DNA from: Nitrososphaerota archaeon
GTDB taxonomy: Archaea > Thermoproteota > Nitrososphaeria > Nitrososphaerales > UBA57
Direction: 5' to 3'
Assembly (NCBI GenBank): GCA_016871995.1
Contig: VHBL01000006.1
Coordinates: 16,237-48,236 of the forward strand
DNA length: 32,000 bases
The notes under the pieces were generated by a model. The model was not told where the DNA came from and ran no database searches. It saw only the letters and a list, made by a program, of their open reading frames with translations. Numbering within the stretch: the first letter of the stretch is position 1; every line of letters starts with the position of its first letter. Both the position numbers and the translations under genes were made by a program. Shown piece by piece: positions 15,817-24,745 of the stretch.

Positions 15817-17416
15817 CGCGCAAGTTTCTTTCAGCGAAATTTCTCCCAGTGAATTCTTCTATCGGAACAGAGACCTTGCTGGGTTCAGCAATCCTGCTAG
15901 GGCCCTATACATGGCTACGAGGGAATTGGTTGAGAATTCGCTGGATGCATGCGAAACTGGAGGCGTCTTACCTGATCTGTATACAAGGATAACTCCCCTA
16001 GATCCTAATGCAGAGGCTGCAGACCCCAGAGCTTACGTACTCAAGGTGCAAGATAATGGCCCCGGCATAGAACCCAAACATGCTCCAAACGCCTTCGGAA
16101 GGGTATTCTACGGTTCGAAGTTCAAACTAAGACAGGCAAGAGGAATGTTTGGTATGGGCGGCACTATGGCCATACTTTACGGCCAGATTACTACAAACAA
16201 ACCTGTTAAGATTACAACATCCATTGATGGCAAGAAGTTCTATTCTTTCACAATGCTTATTGATATTCAGGAAAACAAGCCCAATATACTTTCGCAAGAA
16301 ACCATTGAAGGTGATGGGCACACTGGAACTTCTGTTGAAATTATCCTTCAGGGAGATTTTCTTCGCTCCTCGCAGAAGATCGCCGATTATTTCAGGCAGA
16401 CAGCACTTGTGAACCCGTATGCAAATATAACTTATGTCGATCCCACTGGAAGGCTATCATCCTATGCAAAAGCTACTGAAACCATGCCAACTCCCCCACA
16501 GGAAACTGAACCACATCCTCACGGAATTGACGTTGAAGCCATGCGCAGGCTGCTTAGACAATCGGAGAAGAAGACATTGCTGAAACTGCTTGTTGAAGAT
16601 TTTCATAGAGTAGGAGAAAGGACTGCCATCAAGTTCCTTGAGTTCGCTAAGATTACTCCACAAATAGAGCCGAAGGCGCTGAACAATGAAGATATAGTCA
16701 AAATTGTGGACGCTATGCACAAGTTCGCTGAATTCCTTGCCCCCGATGCGAGCTGTCTTTCGCCATTGGGCGAGGAGATACTCAAGGCAGGTATTCAGAA
16801 GGAGCTCCAACCAGAGTTTCTGGCTACGGAGATAAGACCGCCATCTGCGTATTCTGGCTTTCCTTTCATAGTTGAAGTTGGGCTTGCCTATGGAGGTAAG
16901 TTCCTGCAAGAGGGGAAAAGACTGTTCAGGTTTGCCAACAGAATCCCATTGCTGTACGATGAGGCTAATGATGTTGCATGGAAGGTTCTAAACGAAGAGA
17001 TAGACTGGAGGAACTACAAGATACCTGAAAACGCTCCTATTGCTATTATAACTCACATCTGTTCGACAAAGGTTCCGTACAAGACCGTTGGGAAAGAATA
17101 CCTTGCAGACAGGCCAGAGCTAGAGAGGGAGCTGAAGAATGCGACAAGGGAAGTTCTGCGTCAGCTCAAGACCTACCTTTCAAGAAAGGGTTCTATGGAA
17201 ATGGTCAAGAGGAAAATGAACATTTACGGCAAGTATCTTCCTTTGATAGCAAGATTTGCGCAAGAGCTTTCTCAGGCCAGCAGACCCCCACGTTATCGAG
17301 CTTTGTTGGGAGAGCATACACGTGACGAAAAAACCGAAGTGCTAGGAGAGAGTCAAGTAGAGCAGGCGCAAGAAGAGGAGAAGCAAAGTAAACTTGAAGA
17401 ATTCGCAAACGTCTAA
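15809..17416 (+). CDS. top6B: DNA topoisomerase VI subunit B
   Basis: ISPSEFFYRNRDLAGF N-terminus and GHKL/Bergerat motifs ELVENSLDA and DNGPGI. 535 aa. TTG start overlaps the KH gene end. Confidence 0.92.
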   Translation: MVSAQVSFSEISPSEFFYRNRDLAGFSNPARALYMATRELVENSLDACETGGVLPDLYTRITPLDPNAEAADPRAYVLKVQDNGPGIEPKHAPNAFGRVFYGSKFKLRQARGMFGMGGTMAILYGQITTNKPVKITTSIDGKKFYSFTMLIDIQENKPNILSQETIEGDGHTGTSVEIILQGDFLRSSQKIADYFRQTALVNPYANITYVDPTGRLSSYAKATETMPTPPQETEPHPHGIDVEAMRRLLRQSEKKTLLKLLVEDFHRVGERTAIKFLEFAKITPQIEPKALNNEDIVKIVDAMHKFAEFLAPDASCLSPLGEEILKAGIQKELQPEFLATEIRPPSAYSGFPFIVEVGLAYGGKFLQEGKRLFRFANRIPLLYDEANDVAWKVLNEEIDWRNYKIPENAPIAIITHICSTKVPYKTVGKEYLADRPELERELKNATREVLRQLKTYLSRKGSMEMVKRKMNIYGKYLPLIARFAQELSQASRPPRYRALLGEHTRDEKTEVLGESQVEQAQEEEKQSKLEEFANV

Positions 17417-18476
17417 GAAGGAAGAGATAAAGTCAACTCTGAAGGAGATGGGGAAAAAGGTCTACAATGACCTTGACCAGAAAAGGTTCCCACAGGTTGA
17501 ATTTCCAAGCAGATCAGTGAGAAACATTGTGTACGATAACAAACTGAAACAGTACATACTCGGAGCTAATAATGTTACGCGCTCTACAGGTAACATCAAG
17601 CACGTTAGACCATTCACACAATTATTCTGGCTGGCTTACTTTGCTAACCAGCTGGTTTCTGAGTCTAAAACCTCTACGCTCAGGGATGTATTCTATTCAT
17701 CGCAGGCGTTTGACATTGACTTTGTTGACCAGCCTGAATCTGATGAAATCATAACGGATCTTGAAGCGGTAATTACAAGACCAAGAGAAGATTTCAATAT
17801 CTATCCAGAAGAAAGGTCTGCAATATTTGGCGACCTTACTATTGAATATACCGTGCCTGGTTATGAAGGCAAGAGGACTAACCTTTCGTCGCATCCAGAT
17901 GGCTATCTCATTGGTCCTAGTTTGAGTACCGCAGACTTTCACGATACATCAGCAGAGATGATCATTGCGATAGAGAAGGGTGGTCTATTTACAAGGTTTG
18001 TTGAAGAAAAAGTGCATTCACGCTACAAAGCCATAATCATAGACACTGCGGGACAGGCCCCCCGCTCGACAAGGTACATGCTCAGAAGGTTGAATAGAGA
18101 ACTCAAGCTCCCTGTGTATATTCTAACTGATGGAGATGTTTACGGAGAGCATATTGCCATGGTCATAATCTCTGGCTCTGTAGGCGCTGCTCACCTCCGA
18201 GAATTGACAGTTTCAGATGCCAAATGGATAGGCGTCTGGGGTTCGGATATCATAAAGTACAAACTTCCAACGATACCGATGACGGACATCGATATCAAGA
18301 GGATCTCTGAATTAAAGAAAGATCCCAGGTACAAGGGAGGAATATGGCAAAGAGAATTAGATGTATTTCTTAAGCTGAAGAGGAAGAGCGAGTTGGAAGC
18401 CTTCTCCAAATATGGCTTGACCACGATTACGGACAAATACCTGCCAGAGAAACTGCAAGAAGCGAAGAGTCTCTAG
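17394..18476 (+). CDS. top6A: DNA topoisomerase VI subunit A (Spo11 homologue)
   Basis: PSRSVRNIVYD, Toprim IAIEKGGLF and LTDGDVYG. Start is TTG 17394 (23-nt overlap with top6B) or ATG 17448. Confidence 0.92.
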   Translation: MKNSQTSKKEEIKSTLKEMGKKVYNDLDQKRFPQVEFPSRSVRNIVYDNKLKQYILGANNVTRSTGNIKHVRPFTQLFWLAYFANQLVSESKTSTLRDVFYSSQAFDIDFVDQPESDEIITDLEAVITRPREDFNIYPEERSAIFGDLTIEYTVPGYEGKRTNLSSHPDGYLIGPSLSTADFHDTSAEMIIAIEKGGLFTRFVEEKVHSRYKAIIIDTAGQAPRSTRYMLRRLNRELKLPVYILTDGDVYGEHIAMVIISGSVGAAHLRELTVSDAKWIGVWGSDIIKYKLPTIPMTDIDIKRISELKKDPRYKGGIWQRELDVFLKLKRKSELEAFSKYGLTTITDKYLPEKLQEAKSL

Positions 18477-18490
18477 AAATCATAGAGCGC

Positions 18491-18720
18491 AAATATAGTA
18501 ATTCTGCAATATTTTCTATCTTGCACTTTTTGAGCTTATGTGGGGGGGGGACCTAGTGGTTATACATAGATACATGCCATATTAGGGCTTTATATTGTAG
18601 CCCCCCGCCTATAGAAGTCAGCCTGAGGGTAAAGGCAGGCAACTAGCAACCAGCTATGGATATATAGTTCAAAATGGTAATTCGTCTGCTAGAAATGCAG
18701 TTCTATTCGCTTGCACTTCC
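18491..18720. repeat. Degenerate direct repeat (copy A 18491-18530, copy B 18671-18720) flanking a ~140-bp segment with a G9 run and a C6 run
   Basis: The two copies share colinear blocks GTAATTC / TGC / TTCTAT / CTTGCACTT. G9 lies at 18542-18550 and CCCCCC at 18601-18606. Read directly from the sequence. Confidence 0.45.
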
Positions 18721-18766
18721 CTTCCTATACTAGCGTGTATACTAAATTATTTCAGCAGTGATTATC

Positions 18767-20581
18767 ATGGTTCACCGTATCGCCGTTTTGGACAAGGAAA
18801 GCTGTCATTCAAGGAAGTGTCAGCAAGAGTGCATGAGGTTCTGCCCAGTCAACCTTGATGGTAGCGAATGCATAGTCCTTGGTGCTGATGCAAAGGCTGT
18901 AATCAGCGAAGAACTGTGCACTGGATGCGGTATATGCATCAAGAAGTGCCCTTTTGATGCCATAACAATACTGAACATAGCGGAGGAGATAGGGGAAGAC
19001 AAAATCCACCAGTATGGCATAAACACATTTAGGCTCTACAGACTTCCAACGCCAAGAAAAGGTTGCGTAGTTGGATTAGTTGGAAAGAACGGTGTAGGCA
19101 AGACAACAACATTGAACATACTTTCTGGGATGCAGAAGCCTAACCTTGGGAACTATGAAAATCCACCAGACTGGGACATAATACTCGGCGCTTTCAGCGG
19201 CACAGAATTAAGATCGCATTTAGAAAAAATCTCTCAGAACCAGCTTAGGGTTTCTCTAAAACCACAGGCGATTTATAGAATTAGAGAGTTCTGGAAGGGT
19301 GACGCATCATCGCTTTTGAAGAAGATGGACGGAAAGGGAGCATACTCAGACCTTGTCCAGGGCTTGAACTTGAAGAAGTGTATCGGCAAGAACGTTTCAG
19401 ATCTTAGCGGCGGAGAACTGCAGAGGCTGGGTGTGGCAATAACAGCTGCAAAGGAAGCCGATTTATACCTCTTTGACGAACCATCATCCTACAACGACGT
19501 CTTCCAGAGACTTGCGGTAGCTAAAGTCATCCATAGTCTGGCAGGGGCTGGCAAAGCCGTAATAGTTGTAGAACATGATTTAACATTTCTAGATTACCTT
19601 AGCGAAAGCATACACCTACTCTATGGAGAAGCAGGCGTATACGGGATAGCTTCAAGAGTACTGCCCGCAAGGACGGGTATCAACGTATTGCTTGACGGAT
19701 ATATCCCTGCTGAAAATGTCAGGTTTAGAGATCATAAGGTCAACTTTGATGTCTTCGCTCCAGTAGGAGAGGAAACCACTTTCCCTGAAATAGCCAGGTA
19801 TGAAGAATTGACGAAGAAATATACAGGCTTCACTCTGAAGGTTCACGCTGGTTCGATAAAGCAGGGGCAAGTTATAGGCATAATCGGTGCAAATGCACTC
19901 GGTAAGACAACTTATCTGAAGATGTTAGCAGGGGTAGAAAAGCCTGATAGTGGAAACATATTCAGTGGTGCCAGAATATCTTACAAGCCACAGTACCTTT
20001 CGTCTGATTACGATGGAGACGTAAGGACATTCCTCTGGAGTGTAGGAGGAGACAAAATCGACGATGCAACTTTTCAATCCGCTCTGATTCAGCCACTTTT
20101 GATACACAAACTATACGAGAAGAACGTGAAGAACCTTAGCGGAGGAGAACTGCAGAAGGTTGCCATACTGAGCTGCTTGATGCAGGATGTAGACATTTAT
20201 GCCTTGGATGAACCCTCAGCGTTCATCGATGTTGAAGACAGGCTCACCTTTGCCAGAGCGATTCAAAAGTTCGTAAAGTCGCAGGGCAAGACCGCTCTTA
20301 TCGTCGACCATGACATTCAGATGATAGACATAATTTCTGATTCTCTGATGATTTTTGCGGGGGCCTCTGGAGAATCTGGTTCCGCATCTGCCCCGCAAGC
20401 AAAGGAGGACGGGATGAACAGTTTCCTGAAATCTCTTGGCATAACTTACAGGAGGGATATTGAAACTGGGAGACCAAGGGTGAACAAACCTGGCAGCAAG
20501 CTCGACAGGGAGCAGAAGGATATGGGAAGGTACTACTATCTTGCAAGAATAGTTGAAGAGGAAAGGCCTGAAACCCTTTGA
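18767..20581 (+). CDS. abce1: ABCE1 / RNase L inhibitor-type ribosome-recycling ATPase
   Basis: N-terminal FeS cluster cysteines (CHSRKCQQECMRFCP; CTGCGICIKKCP). Two Walker A motifs (GLVGKNGVGKTT, GIIGANALGKTT) and two signatures (LSGGELQR, LSGGELQK). Likely ATG at 18767; the track starts at GTG 18758. Confidence 0.95.
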   Translation: MVHRIAVLDKESCHSRKCQQECMRFCPVNLDGSECIVLGADAKAVISEELCTGCGICIKKCPFDAITILNIAEEIGEDKIHQYGINTFRLYRLPTPRKGCVVGLVGKNGVGKTTTLNILSGMQKPNLGNYENPPDWDIILGAFSGTELRSHLEKISQNQLRVSLKPQAIYRIREFWKGDASSLLKKMDGKGAYSDLVQGLNLKKCIGKNVSDLSGGELQRLGVAITAAKEADLYLFDEPSSYNDVFQRLAVAKVIHSLAGAGKAVIVVEHDLTFLDYLSESIHLLYGEAGVYGIASRVLPARTGINVLLDGYIPAENVRFRDHKVNFDVFAPVGEETTFPEIARYEELTKKYTGFTLKVHAGSIKQGQVIGIIGANALGKTTYLKMLAGVEKPDSGNIFSGARISYKPQYLSSDYDGDVRTFLWSVGGDKIDDATFQSALIQPLLIHKLYEKNVKNLSGGELQKVAILSCLMQDVDIYALDEPSAFIDVEDRLTFARAIQKFVKSQGKTALIVDHDIQMIDIISDSLMIFAGASGESGSASAPQAKEDGMNSFLKSLGITYRRDIETGRPRVNKPGSKLDREQKDMGRYYYLARIVEEERPETL

Positions 20582-20583
20582 GG

Positions 20584-21411
20584 ATGCTTAAGCAGGCACT
20601 TTCAAACTTATTATCAGAAAGCGAACTAAGCGAACTTTATTCAGGTTTCGATATTGTAGGCGACATAGCGATAATCAAAATTCCAGATTCTTTACGGGTC
20701 AAAAAGAAACTAATCGGACCCATAATTCTTCAGAAGCTAAAACCAGTTAAGGTCGTTCTGATGCAGAGTGGCCCTGTGTCTGGCGAATATAGGATTCGCA
20801 AACTCGAACATCTGGCAGGTGAAGAAAGGACATCAACAATATACAAAGAGCATAGTTGCACATTCTTGGTCGATGTCACGAAGGCGTACTTCTCTCCAAG
20901 ACTCTCTACTGAAAGGCTCAGGATTGCAAAACTAGTAAAAGAGGGAGAAAGAGTTCTGAATATGTTTGCTGGGATTGGAATTTATTCGATCATTATCGCA
21001 AAAGTGCAACTAGAATGCGAGGTTATTAGCGTAGAAATCAACCCAGATGCGCACAGGAGCGCAGTCGAGAACACAAGGCTCAACAAAGTCAGCCAGAAAG
21101 TTAAGCCTATAGCAGGTGATGCAAGAGAGATTATCAAAAGTGACAATATTGGTAAGTTTGATCGGGTGTTGATGCCATTGCCAGAAAACGCCTCTGAATT
21201 CATTGGGGATGCAATTTCAGCTCTGAAACCTGCAGGTGGGTGGATCCATTACTACTGCCATACACAAGCTAAAGATAAAGAAGATGCAATCAGCAATTCA
21301 GAAAGAGAATTGTTAGAGAGGTTGCAGGGCAGGGGTAAGATAAATTATATGAAAGTTGTGCGGGAAGTGGGACCAAGATGGTTCCAAGTAGTGGTTGACA
21401 TAAAGTTCTGA
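20584..21411 (+). CDS. trm5: tRNA (guanine(37)-N1)-methyltransferase Trm5 / Taw2 family (Met-10+ like)
   Basis: FDIVGDIAIIKIP, SPRLSTER and the SAM motif LNMFAGIGIYS. ATG at 20584, immediately after the abce1 stop. Confidence 0.8.
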   Translation: MLKQALSNLLSESELSELYSGFDIVGDIAIIKIPDSLRVKKKLIGPIILQKLKPVKVVLMQSGPVSGEYRIRKLEHLAGEERTSTIYKEHSCTFLVDVTKAYFSPRLSTERLRIAKLVKEGERVLNMFAGIGIYSIIIAKVQLECEVISVEINPDAHRSAVENTRLNKVSQKVKPIAGDAREIIKSDNIGKFDRVLMPLPENASEFIGDAISALKPAGGWIHYYCHTQAKDKEDAISNSERELLERLQGRGKINYMKVVREVGPRWFQVVVDIKF

Positions 21412-21413
21412 GA

Positions 21414-23060
21414 TTACTTCTTTGTCATCTGCATCCTGTAGATTGTTTCCACTCGTTGTATGGTGTCTATCTCATCTACATTCTTGTCGAGCCTTATCCT
21501 CTTAATTCTTGGAAATCGTAGAGCGTAACCACTATCATGCCTATCGCTTTTTTGTATAGCATCAAAGGCAACTTCCAAAATGATTTCTGGTTTTACGGCC
21601 ATACGATAACCCAAATCCTGAACGAGCAGAGAGTTCACTCTCTCTGTCATATAGTCGATTTCTTCATCAGAAAGACCAGAGTAAGCTTTGCCGACTACTC
21701 TGAATTCTCCATTATCTCTCACTGCAAAAGTATAGTCAGAAATGGTTCCTGCCCTTTTACCATGACCATATTCTGCAGCAACTACAACAACATCTAATGT
21801 ATCAAGTTCTTTTTTGAGCTTAACCCAGTATTTCCCCCTTCTGCCTGGCCGGTAGGGAGATTCTGGGTCTTTTACGACAAGGCCTTCATATCCAAGTTTC
21901 TTGCTTTTCTCAAAAGCCCTCTGCAGAGCTTCTGCACTGCTTACAGTTTCAATTCGCGAAAGTTGGATTATGTCTGGAAGTTTAAGGCTTTCCAAAATCT
22001 TTCTCCTTTGCAAGAGTGATTTTTCTAGCAGAGGTCTCCCATCAAGATAGAGAATATCAAAGCATTTGTAGACCACAGGTACATCTTCCATTATTTCTTT
22101 AGTCGGGGACTTCTTCCTTATTCTTCTCTGTAATTCCTGGAATGGCAGGGGCCTGTCATCCTTGAAGGGCAAGATCTCGCCATCAAGCATTATTGTATTA
22201 GGAATCTTGCATATTGCCTGAGCAAGGTCAGGAAAACTCCAAGAAATGTCTTCAAGTCTGCGGGAATATGCTTTGACTTTGGAATCAAATTTGTGAACTT
22301 GTGCCCTTATGCCGTCATATTTGAATTCTGCATAGACCTCCTTTTGATAATACCGTGCTATGTCTGCTGCAGTTTCCATAGTTTCCGCAAGCATAAAGTT
22401 CGTAGGTCTGAATATCTGCACCGTTGCCTTGTGTAGTTCATTTTTCAGCGCTAGAGATGCTGCCTCACCAATATCACCTAAGGTAAGGTTTACAATTCTA
22501 ACCTCCTCAAGGGGCTTTCTTGAAACCTTTGCTAGAGACTCTTCCACCAATCCCTCCACGAGTCCTATTCGCATCTCACCGAGAAAGAGTTTGGTTAGGT
22601 ACTTAGCTTCGATAGGAGTGCAGTCAAGGAAAAGCCCTCTTAATACTTGTTTCCTCCCTTCTTGAGAGCCCTTGCCAGACATTCTTGACATGCTCTCAAA
22701 TATACGTTGTACATCCAATACAGCGAGATGTCTTTTAAAAAGTGGTTGAACGACTTTTTTTTCGAGCACTTCTTCTGCTACATCCCCAAGATCTCCGTAT
22801 TTTCTGTATACTTCACCAAGGTCTCTTGGGTTTACTGAACAAAGATCAGCAATCGTATTCCAAAGGAGTGAATAACCTGCGAAGACCTCCTTTTCCGTCC
22901 ATCTTGGAAACAAATAGCCTGAGAAGTATCTACAGACTACGGCCAGTTCTTCTTCATTCAATTTAGACAGGAAGGCACTAAGAATGGAAACTTTCCCATT
23001 TTTGCTTGGAGTTGCCTTTATGCTTTCAGCAACTTGGGCAAACTCCAGAAAACTTGTCAT
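21414..23060 (-). CDS. lig: ATP-dependent DNA ligase
   Basis: Adenylation motif I EFKYDGIRAQVH, motif EGLVVK, motif V-like KYWVKLK, and an N-terminal DNA-binding domain. 548 aa. Confidence 0.95.
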   Translation of the reverse strand: MTSFLEFAQVAESIKATPSKNGKVSILSAFLSKLNEEELAVVCRYFSGYLFPRWTEKEVFAGYSLLWNTIADLCSVNPRDLGEVYRKYGDLGDVAEEVLEKKVVQPLFKRHLAVLDVQRIFESMSRMSGKGSQEGRKQVLRGLFLDCTPIEAKYLTKLFLGEMRIGLVEGLVEESLAKVSRKPLEEVRIVNLTLGDIGEAASLALKNELHKATVQIFRPTNFMLAETMETAADIARYYQKEVYAEFKYDGIRAQVHKFDSKVKAYSRRLEDISWSFPDLAQAICKIPNTIMLDGEILPFKDDRPLPFQELQRRIRKKSPTKEIMEDVPVVYKCFDILYLDGRPLLEKSLLQRRKILESLKLPDIIQLSRIETVSSAEALQRAFEKSKKLGYEGLVVKDPESPYRPGRRGKYWVKLKKELDTLDVVVVAAEYGHGKRAGTISDYTFAVRDNGEFRVVGKAYSGLSDEEIDYMTERVNSLLVQDLGYRMAVKPEIILEVAFDAIQKSDRHDSGYALRFPRIKRIRLDKNVDEIDTIQRVETIYRMQMTKK

Positions 23061-23065
23061 GCAGA

Positions 23066-23587
23066 CTAAGATGCGTTAGGAACGAGCGACAAAGCCATGA
23101 GATATGCAGCCTCTCCATCTCTATAATAACCTGAAACCTTCGAGGCTATCTTGAAGTTAAGGTTCTGATATAGTGCAATAGCAAGTACATTGCTAACTCG
23201 CACTTCGAGATAAACTTCTCCACAGCCTCTCTGCACCATCCCATTGATAGCTTCGAGAACCAAAGATTTGCCCAAACCTTTTCCTCTATGTTGATCCAGC
23301 ACGGCAACTGAAACTATGTGTCCCTTTCTTGCAACCCCAAACTTCTTAAGATTTGAAAAACCATATTCTATCCTGCACATTATGTAGCCTACAATATTTC
23401 CTTCTAATTCTGCAACATAGAAGGTTTCTGGTGATTCCGTCAAGAGCTCATCGAAGAATGAATCAGAGTAATGCTCTGGTAAAGTAGTCAAGTTAATAGA
23501 AACTACTCTGGGTAGGTCTTCAGATTTGGCTGGCCTGACAGTGTATTCTCCTACTCTTTTGTAGTAAGTGTTCTGCAAGGCAAACAT
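23066..23587 (-). CDS. GNAT N-acetyltransferase (RimI / archaeal Nat, Ard1-like)
   Basis: Acetyl-CoA motif VLDQHRGKGLGKSL and a GNAT fold pattern. 5 nt upstream of lig on the same strand. Confidence 0.75.
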   Translation of the reverse strand: MFALQNTYYKRVGEYTVRPAKSEDLPRVVSINLTTLPEHYSDSFFDELLTESPETFYVAELEGNIVGYIMCRIEYGFSNLKKFGVARKGHIVSVAVLDQHRGKGLGKSLVLEAINGMVQRGCGEVYLEVRVSNVLAIALYQNLNFKIASKVSGYYRDGEAAYLMALSLVPNAS

Positions 23588-23639
23588 ATACGGGGATACA
23601 AGAAGTTTTAAAGGTTAGCTAATATCAATCGATTTCCAG

Positions 23640-24743
23640 ATGGAAAAAACCCCAGAAGACACATCTCTCGCGTTTGAGGAGATAGACAATCTTGTACGCT
23701 CCCAGTTTACAGTAAATTCAGTCATGCTTAGGGACAGTGATATGGTTGAATATACGATTGAAAGGGCGTCAACCGTTAAGAAGAATTTCGAGACATTAGT
23801 TGTGAGTCTGAAGCAGAGAGGAGGTGCTGCTGTACTAAGGTCTTCAGAGTCTGGTTTGACCCTGCTGGCTCGCAAACACATAACGTATCCAGCATCAACC
23901 TCAAGAATTCCAATGCTTCTTTTGTTCGCAACGATAGCAACGATAGCAATTGACGGCATACTAAGGTTTCTTGCTTTTGAGGGATCGATTACACCTATAA
24001 TAGTTCTCCTTTATACTGCAGGTCTTTTTGGGATAATTGGTACTCATGAACTAGGACATAAGATCGCCTCTGGATTGCATAAGACAAGATCTTCGATGCC
24101 CTATTTTATCCCAGGTCTCCCTACGGTCTGGCCTACGTTTGGCGCACTAATCAAAGCAACAGAACCTCCAGTCAATAGGGATTCATTGTTCGACCTTGGC
24201 ATATCTGGACCTCTAGCTGGATTAGCTGTAGCAATTGTTGTAGCTGTTGGAGGGGGCTTAACGGCTGTAAGCCTTTCAGCCGAAGAGATTGCAAAAAGGG
24301 CTGCTGATGGTACGTTTAAGGAGATTCCTCATATTGATATCTTCAGCAACTTTATTCTAGGCGTCTTCGCTAAGCAGACCGAAGGTAGCATACTCGTTCT
24401 CTCGCCTTTGACATTTGCAGCGTCTCTAGGCTTCTTGGTTACCTTCCTTAACCTTCTACCTGCAGTTCAGCTGGACGGAGGGCACGTTGCAAGAGCAGTA
24501 TTTGGCGAGCGTAAGCACATGTACTTCTCTTTTGGCAGTGCAGTTGTAATGTTTGCACTTGGTTTTTGGCTCATGGGAGTACTAGTTCTCTGGATGGCTA
24601 TGCGGGCTCCAGACATGAAACCGCTCGACGATGTGTCGGAACTGTCGCAATCAAGAAAATTTGGTTTTGTTCTAGTTCTGATTCTAACTATCGCACTTTA
24701 TTATTTTACAATCTTTAACAACCCATACTTCTCACTGTCATAA
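23640..24743 (+). CDS. Site-2 protease family (M50) intramembrane metalloprotease
   Basis: HELGHKIA (HExxH) in a TM helix and the second motif NLLPAVQLDGGHV. Multiple TM segments. Confidence 0.85.
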   Translation: MEKTPEDTSLAFEEIDNLVRSQFTVNSVMLRDSDMVEYTIERASTVKKNFETLVVSLKQRGGAAVLRSSESGLTLLARKHITYPASTSRIPMLLLFATIATIAIDGILRFLAFEGSITPIIVLLYTAGLFGIIGTHELGHKIASGLHKTRSSMPYFIPGLPTVWPTFGALIKATEPPVNRDSLFDLGISGPLAGLAVAIVVAVGGGLTAVSLSAEEIAKRAADGTFKEIPHIDIFSNFILGVFAKQTEGSILVLSPLTFAASLGFLVTFLNLLPAVQLDGGHVARAVFGERKHMYFSFGSAVVMFALGFWLMGVLVLWMAMRAPDMKPLDDVSELSQSRKFGFVLVLILTIALYYFTIFNNPYFSLS

Positions 24744-24745
24744 CT

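Noticed and set aside
18542-18610. tRNA-like appearance of the G9...C6 segment: ~69 nt, a G-rich 5' end, an AGTGGTTA D-loop-like motif, a GGGCT/AGCCC stem followed by CCCGCC.
   Set aside because: - No anticodon stem can be formed.
- The would-be T-loop is 9 nt (TTATATTGT) rather than the conserved TTCRANT form.
- The D stem pairs only 3 bp, with a bulge.
- The acceptor has a G-G mismatch.

At best it is a decayed remnant, so I did not call it as a tRNA or pseudogene.
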